From: Squalus acanthias
Taxonomy: Eukaryota
Assembly (NCBI GenBank): GCA_030390025.1
Contig: CM059428.1
Span: forward strand, 92,690,001 to 92,754,000
Reading direction: 5' to 3'
Length of the DNA: 64,000 nt
The translations under genes and the position numbers were made by a program. Positions 12,319 through 22,300 of the stretch are shown here, one piece after another. Position 1 is the stretch's first letter; every line of letters begins with the position of its first letter. The notes below the pieces were generated by a model that worked only from the letters and a program-made list of their open reading frames with translations, was not told the origin of the DNA and ran no database searches.

Positions 12319-13349
12319 CTTCTGATCTTGACTTTATGCAATGGTGTAAAATGGGTGATAGCAAGTCAGCAGCCTGTTTTACATCTCTCCCGATTTTTAT
12401 TTCCATTGACTTTAATCTGTTGACCCCAATCTGTTAAAGAAAGCAAATATATGACTATTGTAACATCTGTATCTGTATGTTCCTCTTTACTGCATACAAG
12501 TGGAGATTGACACTGTCCCACCATGCTTGTCTTCTGTTTGGTGATTTCCTTCCACAACGTGAATGGGACTGTGGTCTTATTGATGCAAAGAATTGCAAAC
12601 AGAAATCCATGTACTAATACACCATAGCAATGTGTCACACACAGACACCAACATCAACTGCAGTGCCAGTATATTGACCATAATGCTCCACTCTCAAATA
12701 TCACTTACATTTGACATAATTTTAGAACACCATTTTGCATATAATGGATAAAATCTTTTCATAGCCAATGTTTAGCTTTGTTTTTAATGCAGCCCAATTA
12801 TTTATACAGTCTTAGTATTGCCAGCAAAAAAGAGATTAATTATAGTATTAAAAAAGATAGCATGGTGCTACTTGTGCTGATCTGGACAGAACTATAATTG
12901 GCATTGCTCTTTAGTAAACTGTGCACTTTTTGTCTTTGTTTTTATGTCTAGAATAACTACTTCTTCAAACCAGCTGATTATTCTCCTTTAGTCCAAAAAT
13001 AGCACAATGGGGCCCAGTTTGCAAAGGGCAGTTGGGACAAGTAGAGAAAGGATCCCTGCTATGATTAGAACTGCACGCCAATAATCCTTACAGGATTAAG
13101 GTTTACAAATTATCACTCAGCACCCACTGCGACATTTGTTGAAAACTGAAATCACAATAATATAAACTTACACAAAGATACTTAAAACAAGGAATGAGAG
13201 GAAAATGTGCACAGGATCTTTCCACAAGGTTTGCACCATTACATTTTCTTTCCACATAATTTAGTTTTCATCAGATGTTTCTGTTCTGAAGATAAAGGGT
13301 AGAAGTATCTTGCCACAAGTCAAGTAGGTGTAACCCCTGGATGATACAA

Positions 13350-13960
13350 TCAGGGACTTTGCCAAAGACAGTTGGAAATCATAGTGCTTCAGCTTCCTTC
13401 TGCCACTCGTCCATGATGGACCCCTGCAGCAATAGTAAAGCAGGTGGAAACTTGACTTTTTTGCCAAATTTTCAATATTTTGTATGCATGATAATGATTA
13501 CCTGCCATCTGGTCAATTTTGCTGATTTCACTCATGTGACAATTGTCGTTGATGATATATTTTGATTCCAGCATGTTGTCCCCTGTTGCCTTCTTCCTGT
13601 GACCTGTGTCAACAACCCTTCCTTCAGTAGCTGAGCAGTACATCTGTGCCTCCTTTATACTCCCCTTTACTACACAAGAGTGGAAGTTGTCAGCAATAAG
13701 ATTACTTCCTCTGTTCTTACTTTCCTATCAAATAGATTTGGAGGCATTCCCTTACAATTTGGCATTGCTGTGGCACTTAGCCCCAGTGCCAGTACTGTAT
13801 AAATCCTGCACATGCTTGAGGCTGGCAGAGTATTTGCCAACAAAGTCTTGTAGCTTTTGTTCTTGAACCTCTCAAAGCAAGGGCAAACAATGACCCTGTT
13901 GGTGTGATCGTGTTCCCATGAGTCATTGCCTTTGCCTGTGTATATTGTCCTAAATACATT
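13350..13960 (-). pseudogene. Decayed piggyBac-type (PGBD-like) transposase fragment
   Basis: Collinear blocks across frames: MYLG; FVGKYSASLKHVQDLYSTGTGA (cf. xDNxYTS..L..G..ACGT); MPNCKGMPPNL (cf. RxNRKGMP); IINDNCHMSEISKIDQM (cf. I.DYN..MGGVD..DQM); KKSSFHLL; DFQLSLAKSLI. Confidence 0.65.
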
Positions 13961-13970
13961 GAAACTGAAT

Positions 13971-14722
13971 GGCCTGTATTTTCCGATGCCTACGGGTGTG
14001 TACGTGCTGTGTACATACCCGTAGGGACATCGGAAATGCCGGTTTCAGGCATGCGAAGCGCATGCGCTGAAAACCAGCATTTCCGATCTGTCAAGAATGC
14101 TCTTGACAGATCGGACGCCTGCCCTGGAGAAGGGCCTCTGCGGGCAGAGAGTTCCGCTTTCTGCAGAACCTCCACCCGCTAAAAACCCTTAGAAATCTTA
14201 CGCCTGATAAAAGCGTAAGATTACCAGCATAAGATTTGAAAAAATGTTTTAAAAAAAAATTCTTTCATTAATTTATAATTTAAAAATACTTTTAATAAAG
14301 GTAAGTTTATTTTTAGCCCCGTAAAAAACTTTAATAAGTTTTTTCAAAAAATTTAATTTTTGTTTAAAATATTTAATTTAATGTAATTTTTAGTCATTTT
14401 AAAAACGTGATGGTTTTAAAAAAAAATGATTGAATGTTTTAGTGTGTTTTTGGGGTGGTCTCCATTCATATATTTGACAGGTCTACCTGTCAAAAGTATG
14501 AAGGGAGATTCCCTTCTCCCATTGGCTGGCCTGGCCCAAGTGATCCCAGGGACGCTTGCGAACTGCATGCGCCACTGGGATACGTGGGCCCTGCGCATTT
14601 CGACTGTGGAGAGGCCCAGGAGTGGAAGTGTCCGGACCTCGGGAGCCCTCAGATAAGTTCGTAGATTTTTTTCCGATAGGAGGCATCACATGCAGGAAGC
14701 CTCCTATCGGAAATTACAGGCC
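13971..14722. mobile_element. Harbinger-type MITE, 752 bp, complete
   Basis: TIRs GGCCTGTATTTTCCGAT / ATCGGAAATTACAGGCC (16/17 match); perfect 3-bp TSD AAT; AT-rich centre, GC-rich ends. Confidence 0.9.
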
Positions 14723-14734
14723 AATTAGACTCTC

Positions 14735-14973
14735 GGGGAAAAATTCGGTTGCTTTGCGCCTCCTGTTAGCACCCTAAGAGGGTGCTAATGGGGCGCAAAG
14801 CAACTAGTGCCCGGGCGCAGCGATGTTTGCGCCACTCGCGAAATTGACCAGACATTTTGTGGCGGCGCTAAACACTACCGCCACGATCTCCTGCGCCCGC
14901 AGATCGTGACGTCAGTCAAGCGTGCAACGCCCCGGTAGTGCTCCAGACCGGATATCGAGTGGCGCCCCCTGCC
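14735..14973 (-). mobile_element. Terminal fragment of the Harbinger MITE family seen at 53800-54693
   Basis: Reverse complement closely follows ~54464-54693, including the GGGGAAAAATTC TIR. Confidence 0.85.
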
Positions 14974-14979
14974 TTTCTC

Positions 14980-16390
14980 ATATGCAGGGAAGATATCTGA
15001 AGTGCTTTACATAAATGAGGAGAAAAGTTAGGTGTTGAGCAGAAGGAAAAAGGGAAAATAGGAAATGGAAAGGGTTAGGATTATGGAAGGGGTTTGGGGA
15101 AGAGAGGTGGTAAAGAAAGATTATGAAGGTGGACTTTGAAAGCAGAGAATCTGGTGGCAAGGCTGTCTGAACTAGGCAGGGAGTTCCAGAGGGCAGCAGC
15201 ATAGTTGTTGAATGCATGGCTACCAATGATGGTGAGTGTAAGCAGGGCACAGGGAGTAGCTTTGTGTTAGAGGAGCACAAGGTGCATGTGGGGATGTAAG
15301 GCTGGAGGAGATTGCAAATGTAGGGTAGGACCTTGAAAGGAGTTGAAAGTAAGGATGCGAATTCTGAAGTTAATTTACTGGGACACAGGCAGCCAATGGT
15401 ATTTGGAGGGGGCAGGGATGGTGGGACTTTAGAACTAGGGCACGGACTGTGAAATTTTGGATGAGTTGTAATTTGTAGACAGTTGAGTTGGAGAGGTTAG
15501 CTGTGAGAGCATTAAAGAAGGTAAGCTTCAAGGTGATGAAATCTTGGACCTCAGGTTTTGGCTGCGGTGGGCAGTTTTGCAGAGGGAGGGGCGAGGCCAT
15601 GGAGGGATTTGAAACAAGGATGATAATTTTAAAGTCGAGGTGTTGCTTAACTGGGAGCCAATGTAGGTCAGCAAGCACAGGGTGAACGGGACTTGGTGCG
15701 AGTTAGGACACGGGCAGCCGAGTTTTGGATAACCTCAAGTTTACGAAATGTAGAACGTGGGAGGCCAGCCAGTTGTGCGTTGGAATAGTCAAGTCTAGAG
15801 GTAACAAAGGCCTGGATGAGGGTTTCAGCAGCAGATGAGCTGAGGCAGGGGAGGAGATGGGCGATATTATGGAGGTGGAAATAGGCGGTCTTAGTTATAG
15901 CGTGGATATGTGGTCGGAAGCTGACTTCGGGGTCAAATATGTGAACAGTGTGGTTCAGCCTCAGACAGATGCTAGGGAGAGGGATGGAGTCGGTGGCTAG
16001 GGAAAGGAGTTTGTGGCGGGGATCAAAGACAATGGCTTCGGTCTTCCCAATAATTAATTGGAGGAAATTTCTGCTCATCCAGTACTAGATATCGGACAAG
16101 CAGTCTGACAATTTAGAGACCGTGGAGGGGTCAAGAGAAGTGGTGGTGAAGTAGAGCTGGGTGTCGTCAGCGTACCTGTGGAAACTGATGCTGTGTTTTC
16201 GGATGATGTCGCCAAGGGGCAACATGTAGATGAGAAATAGGAGGGGGCTAAGGCTAGATCCTTAGGGGACATCAGAGGTAACGATGCGGGAGCGGGAAGA
16301 GAAGCCATTGCAGGTGATTCTCTGGATATGATTAGATAGATAAGAATGGAACCAGGCGAGTGCAGTCCCACCCAGCTGGACAATGGTGGA
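14980..16390 (-). mobile_element. L2 LINE fragments (older piece ~14980-15540, younger RT C-terminal piece ~15570-16390)
   Basis: AAETLIQAFVTSRLDYSN..IQNSAARVLTR and LADLHWLPVKQ are typical L2 ORF2 motifs; near-identical to 34440-35480. Confidence 0.88.
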
Positions 16391-16648
16391 GAAGAGCATT
16401 AATGGTAACATCAACATTATCTATGCCTCTGAGCATTTAGACAACTGAATCATACCTCCACTCTCATTTTCTTTTCATCAATTATAAAAATAAATAAATT
16501 CTATCTGCTTCTCCAGACTAAGTTACAAACAATGCCCTTTATAAATGTTTGATTCCTAATGCTTCAATGTCCTATTTAAGGCAGGACATTCAAAAATGTA
16601 CACAAAACTCTAAATGCAGCCTTACTAGTCATGCAGGGTGAAAATAAT

Positions 16649-16831
16649 GGGGTAACTTTTCATCTTCACTAAATGGGCAGCAATCTTGCGGAGTGGATCA
16701 CACGCCGGTTATAGAACACAATGGATTTTCATTCCATTAAAATCAAAATGAAAATTAGGTGGCTTCTAAAGCAGACGGGCGATCTGCTCTGCCAGATTAC
16801 TGCCCATGTGGTGAAGACAAAAAATTTAGTT
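16649..16831. repeat. Palindromic mini-element
   Basis: TCTTCAC..ATGGGCAGCAATCT / AGATTACTGCCCAT..GTGAAGA complementary arms. Confidence 0.7.
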
Positions 16832-17329
16832 CAATATGTCAATTTCTGGTCAAATTCCCTCAAGGTGCCTCCCTCTACTTAAGGAGCATTGTGAATATAT
16901 ACATATTCTTGAAAGTGCAAGTTTCATCTTTGTAGGCAGCAATTGAATTTTACAGTGATTCAGTTCAGAGAAAGGTTGACTCTTCCCGACTAGAAATTTC
17001 AAACCTACCTTTTGCCAACTGAGCATCACAAAAATCTAATCGTTTTTTCTTAGTCTTTATCATTCTGTCAGTGTCACCCTATTGAGTGTGGTATTGTTGA
17101 TCATGAAATGCTACTTGCTGCACCTGTCCTTCTCAGCTACAGCTGGCCTCAGCTCCTCAGCTGTAAAGCAAAGCAAATTTAAGAACCCCTGTGGATCTTC
17201 TATTTAGCAGGATTACCCTTCACTTAAAGATTAAACACAGCATGTTAACTTTAATTACAGTTATAGAGGTTCAGAAATGAATTAATTAATTCAGGATCAA
17301 TTACAATGCATCATACTTCAAGAGATCTG

Positions 17330-17895
17330 GAGCCCAGAATTCTGATTGGCACAACTCTGACGGGTTGCCTGAGCGGGGGGCAGGAATTTCGGGCCAAAGC
17401 CAGCTCTGGAAGGAAACCATCCCCTTCTAAGTGCTGTTTTAAATTCCAGTGTGGAGGGGGTGAGGGATGAAATGAATGAGTCTTCAGCATCAAGCCCAGA
17501 ATGCCCTTATAAGGTCTTAAATGAACACTTGTCACCAAAGAGCTGACATGAGTTCCATGCAGGGCCCAGGAAAGGCCCCAGACGTTGCACATGCAAAGGT
17601 AAAGGGAATTGATTACCTTAAAATGTACACCTAAAGGCTCCCTTTGGAGTTGAAGATTTCTTTACTTATTTTAAGCTTCAACCCGGGAAGGGCCTTGGCG
17701 TCACCTAGTGGAGTGGTTTTGGAGTCAACCTTTCTCTGAACCGAATCACTGCAAATTGCGGTCGTTGCCTACAAAGATATAAACGACCCTGCCCTCGCAA
17801 TTTCAGATGGCGTCTGGGTCGTCCAATATTGGCGGGCTTATGGTCCGTTGCACCACACTTCATCAGAACATCAGGTCCATCAGAATTTCGGGCCC
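17330..17895. mobile_element. Harbinger-type MITE
   Basis: Imperfect TIRs GAGCCCAGAATTCTGAT / ATCAGAATTTCGGGCCC; no clear TSD. Confidence 0.6.
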
Positions 17896-18059
17896 TGACA
17901 GCTTACCAACCAACGGTTAGGCTCACAAAGTCTAATCAATAGATGGAACTGAACCAGCAGTCCATAGGAATATAGACCAGATATTTTGAATAGGGAAGAG
18001 CAATTTTGTAGAATTTGAATATATATTCCAAATCAAAACATACAAAAAAGGTCACTTAT

Positions 18060-18243
18060 GGGTCAATTTCCATAGGTTTATGCCCACCAATCCACCATAT
18101 AGCTTCAGTGGAAGAGCCACAGAAACTCTGGTGAAGCAGTGTAAGTGCCGTTTATGCCATTTTTCAATGATTTCCACAGCTCTTCCATCAACGCTACAGG
18201 ATACAAGCAGGAGAAGTCCCGCCCTCGCGGAACGTTACCCCCA
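18060..18243. repeat. Palindromic mini-element
   Basis: GGGGTCAATTTCC..GGAACGTTACCCC ends; inner TGGAAGAGC / GCTCTTCCA arms. Confidence 0.6.
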
Positions 18244-18598
18244 CTGTCTCCTTTTCTAAATCGAAAAACAAATAACTGTAAACAGAATCTTGGCATTTTT
18301 GATGTCTCTTGTCTTTAGAATGTTAAGTCTCGTGTTTCCCTGCCTCATAATTCTAAATACAGAGCAAAATCATTGTGATGACTGTCTGTAAGTGGTATAT
18401 TTATCTTTACAAAGCGTTAAGATTATAATATAGTGCCAGGGATCTACTGGGGAGGGGTACTAGCTGTAGTAAAATTGTGAACATGTTCTTTATGAATGAG
18501 TTAACAATTTTGCTACAGTTGCACACAGAGTAAGTCTTCACCTTGATATCTCTCCCGATGACCTAATTGAGATTTATAATTTGCCACTTTAGGAATTG

Positions 18599-18748
18599 TG
18601 GGCATGAAATTGGTCTTGGACAGTAGTGCAAAACAGGCGATAGCGAATCGGCAGCCCGGTTTGCACTATGCTCGATTTCCATTGAAGTCAATGGGCTGTC
18701 GATTCGCTATTGTCAATTTTGCACACCACCCAAGACCAATGTCCCCAC
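18599..18748. repeat. Palindromic mini-element (CCATTGAAGTCAATGG-centred family)
   Basis: ATTGGTCTTGG..GTGCAAAA..ATAGCGAATCG / CGATTCGCTAT..TTTTGCAC..CCAAGACCAAT arms. Confidence 0.85.
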
Positions 18749-18927
18749 TGTGAGTATCAACCTGTGTCTAATCATCCCATGTTGAAGTGCAGTGGTGCAC
18801 TGACCTGCTATTACCAACAACTGCCATGTACCAATAAATTATTTAATTAGGACTGAAGCTCACATGCAAACACATGTGTAATATAGATTTGTATCAATAA
18901 TCATTAGGAAAACTATACGTAACTAAC

Positions 18928-19113
18928 AAGTCACTGAATATATTTAAGAAGGAGATAGATTTCTAGACACAAAAGGCATCAAGGGGTATGGGGAGAGAGC
19001 GAGAATATGGTATTGAGATAGAGTATCAGCCATGATCATATTGAATGGCGGAGCAGGCTCGAAAGGCCAAATGGCCTACTCCTGCTCCTATTTTTCTATG
19101 TTTCTATGTTTCT
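18928..19113 (+). mobile_element. CR1 LINE 3' UTR with (TTTCTATG)n tail
   Basis: GGAGCAGGCTCGAAAGGCCAAATGGCCTACTCCTGCTCC stem-loop followed by TTTCTATG repeats. Confidence 0.85.
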
Positions 19114-19345
19114 AAACCTGTTCCGGCGAGAGACTAACAGGGCCTAAGCAGATGAGGCCCAGGAGTTAACATCTCACGCAGTGGAGGGCGGATGGTTTAC
19201 CACCCTCCTTGGCCCCCGCCACAGGATTACTGACTGGGAGTTAAATCGGGCCTATACGGACATTCTTGTGGTTAAAATGACAAATTTTAGCTATCTTAAT
19301 TCAAATATAGTAACTGTTTTTTCTTATTGTAATTCCTCTTTCCAG

Positions 19346-19541
19346 TGCGATGGAATTCTGCTAGATTTAAGCAATATGCCCTTGGAAGGCATAGCTATTT
19401 TGAATATACCAAGCATACATGGTGGATCAAACCTTTGGGGAGAGAGCAAAAAAAGACGCAGTTATCATCGAACCAGTAAAAAGGTGCCAGATAAACGGAC
19501 GACAGTTATAGATGCCAAAGAGCTGAAATTCTGTGTTCAAG
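19346..19541 (+). CDS. DGKB: Diacylglycerol kinase beta, internal coding exon (accessory catalytic domain), 196 nt
   Basis: ttcctctttccAG acceptor, GTAGGA donor; [56 protein letters not shown]; the ESKKRRS..DKRTTV.DAKELKF segment is characteristic of DGKB. Confidence 0.96.
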
Positions 19542-20347
19542 GTAGGAAGCTGTCTGGAAATGGTCTGTTAATTAATCATGTCAGCATTAGATACTGATTC
19601 TAAAATCAATACACAAATCAGATTTTCTTATTTATGAGACTCATATGCGAAAATGTTTTCCAATTTCTTTCATCATTCCATGAAACTCTTCTATTTAACC
19701 CTTTGAGAAGAATACATTTACACTTCATGAAATCTAATGCATTTTCAGGATTTTTTGTTTATTTTGAAAACAGTCAATAGTTTTGGCCATTTCTGCAACT
19801 CTTATAATATTTTGTATTAAATATGTACAGAAACTCATTTGTGCAGGTACAACATGAATTGAAAGATGAGAAAAAAGCAGAAATGTTTCTTTAATACCAA
19901 AGGAGACTCTATAAATAAAATGTATGTAGAGAGGCCAGTTCAGTGTCAAAAGTCTGAATTTAATCCAGAAAGAAGCATTTGTTAAAATGCAAATGCTTTC
20001 TGCCTTTCTGGAGTTTTTAACATATTAATATTTTGATGTTGATCACCAACAAACAGTTAAACTTCCAGGTTAGAATTAGGTACACAATTCTCAGGAGAGC
20101 CAAGAATCCTGCTTCTTCCAGTCCACCTCCATACAATTATATTTGAATTAAGATAAGGTACAGTTTGCAATCTTAACGACTAGGCTGTCAGTATATTTTC
20201 TGCTTTATGTGTGGACCTGGAATTGGAACCACGACAAAGTTGACTCGTGAAGATCCACCCTACACATTATCCCTTAGTCCTACGTTTGTGATTTATTTGC
20301 ATTCAACTTTCCTGCATGATTATTGTTACATGTGAGCTTCAAATCTA

Positions 20348-21016
20348 AACACACTCACACACACACTCACACACACACTCTCACATACACACGCACACAC
20401 TCACACACTCTCGCACACACACACACTCTCACACACACTCACACACACACTCTCACATACACACGCACANNNNNNNNNNNNNNNNNNNNNNNNNNNNNNN
20501 NNNNNNNNNNNNNNNNNNNNNNNNNNNNNNNNNNNNNNNNNNNNNNNNNNNNNNNNNNNNNNNNNNNNNNNNNNNNNNNNNNNNNNNNNNNNNNNNNNNN
20601 NNNNNNNNNNNNNNNNNNNNNNNNNCACTCTCATACATACTCTCACACACACACACACACTCTTTCTCACACNNNNNNNNNNNNNNNNNNNNNNNNNNNN
20701 NNNNNNNNNNNNNNNNNNNNNNNNNNNNNNNNNNNNNNNNNNNNNNNNNNNNNNNNNNNNNNNNNNNNNNNNNNNNNNNNNNNNNNNNNNNNNNNNNNNN
20801 NNNNNNNNNNNNNNNNNNNNNNNNNNNNNNNNNNNNNNNNNNNNNNNNNNNNNNNNNNNNNNNNNNNNNNNNNNNNNNNNNNNNNNNNNNNNNNNNNNNN
20901 NNNNNNNNNNNNNNNNNNNNNNNNNNNNNNNNNNNNNNNNNNNNNNNNNNNNNNNNNNNNNNNNNNNNNNNNNNNCACTCACCCCCCCCCCCCCACCCCC
21001 ACTCACACACACACTC
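20348..21016. repeat. Compound (CA)n/(CT) microsatellite containing two N-runs (20470-20625, 20673-20975)
   Basis: Directly visible. Confidence 0.97.
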
Positions 21017-21240
21017 AGGCATCAGACAGGTAAGGATTAAATTGGTGGAGTTTTCTATGAGGGAAAAACAACTTTGCTGCTCCTTATTTATTCCACTGCC
21101 ACATACAAATGGTAACTTCTGCCATTCCCTCTGGAAAGATCACTTGTGAACACTGTCGTATTCAATGCACCAATAGAGTGCTGTTGGCCCTCTCCTCTAT
21201 TCAGAAGATCATACGTTAGGCCTCGTCTCCCTGAATCTGT

Positions 21241-21382
21241 GGGGTAATTTTAACTTTATCACCAGTAAAAACTGGGTGATAACAAATCGGCCTCTCGTTT
21301 TACACCTTGCCCAATTTCTGCTGTTGGGTTGCCGATTCGCTATCACCCATTTTATGCCCAGCAATAAAATTCAAATTATCCC
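21241..21382. repeat. Palindromic mini-element
   Basis: GGGGTAATTT..GGGTGATA / TATCACCC..AAATTATCCC arms; same family as 18599-18748. Confidence 0.8.
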
Positions 21383-21672
21383 TCTTTCCTTGGTTCTCTT
21401 TCTCCTTTCACAAGAGCAAATTTCTAATTATCTCCAAGATTAAATAAACTTCAAATTATTGCTTATTGGCACGCTCTGTTCTGTTTTCTTACTGCACAAT
21501 CTGCCCTGTGTGCTATTTTAGTTCAACAGTGATTTTTTTTTCAAGTTTTATTTACTTTTTTATAAAGTTTTGTAAAGCCACTATCTTGTTCTGATTCACT
21601 GAAGCTATCTTGTGTCGTCAAGGCCAATTAAACTTGCATATGTGCCCATCAACTCCACTTTGACCTCTAGAT

Positions 21673-22300
21673 CATGGGTTCTCAACCGGGGGTCCATGGC
21701 CCCCTAGGGGTCTGTGAGAAGATTTCAAGGGATCCACGCCACAGGGGATCGACTGGTTTTAGCAGGTGGCTTTGGGTGGACCTGCCCCACTGCTGCCACC
21801 TGCAGGTGGCACCCTGCGGGGAAGTCGGCGGCCGGGCCTGGGCTCCCTGGGCCTTCGGTGGCGGTAGAGGTGCGCGCTGCCTGTGGGCGCTCATCGAACC
21901 AATCAAGAGCGACAGGTGGAGGAGGAAGATGGGCCAGAGCTTTTGCGGGAAACCAAAGACTTGGGGGCCATCACACTCTGCCAAGCCAGCCCGGGGCCTC
22001 GGTCTCTGTTTTAAATCAGTGCGGGTGGGCCTGAGGGATAAAAACCTACAAAATTACCCCGTAGGAGCCATGATGAAGGTACAGGTGAACGACATGGTGG
22101 TGCTGGACAACCCGTCGCCGTCTTTCAACCCTTTTCAGTTCGAGCCTATGCACTTTACTGGATACTGGATTAGAAGTAAAACCGTCAAGCGCTCTTTTAA
22201 TCAGATCTGTTTCACTGCTGGCAATCTTTGCACAGATCTTCTTCAACAGAAGGTGCAACTGTATTGTCAGTGAATTGTTGTTTTAGGACCTTGGTCCCCT
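21673..22300 (+). mobile_element. hAT (Charlie-like) non-autonomous element with captured host sequence; right end not identified
   Basis: CTCTAGAT (21665-21672) fits the NTCTAGAN Charlie target and is immediately followed by CATGGGTTCTCAACC (cf. CAGTGGTTCTCAA TIR); abrupt GC-rich island in an AT-rich intron. Confidence 0.6.
22070..22144 (+). pseudogene. ASF1A: Fragment of histone chaperone ASF1 (first 25 codons) with Kozak context
   Basis: GCC-ATG then MMKVQVNDMVVLDNPSPSFNPFQFE versus recalled human ASF1A MAKVQVNNVVVLDNPSPFYNPFQFE (20/25 identical); similarity stops abruptly with no splice donor. Confidence 0.88.

Noticed and set aside
19181-19597. 138-aa ORF as a standalone protein
   Set aside because: Read-through of intron sequence around the DGKB exon 19346-19541.
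20323-21033. Long HT/VC-repeat ORFs
   Set aside because: Artefacts of the CA microsatellite and N-runs.
21674-22273. 199-aa ORF as a genuine gene
   Set aside because: It starts inside the TIR and only 25 codons resemble a known protein. No exon structure is visible, so it is treated as a captured fragment, not a CDS.
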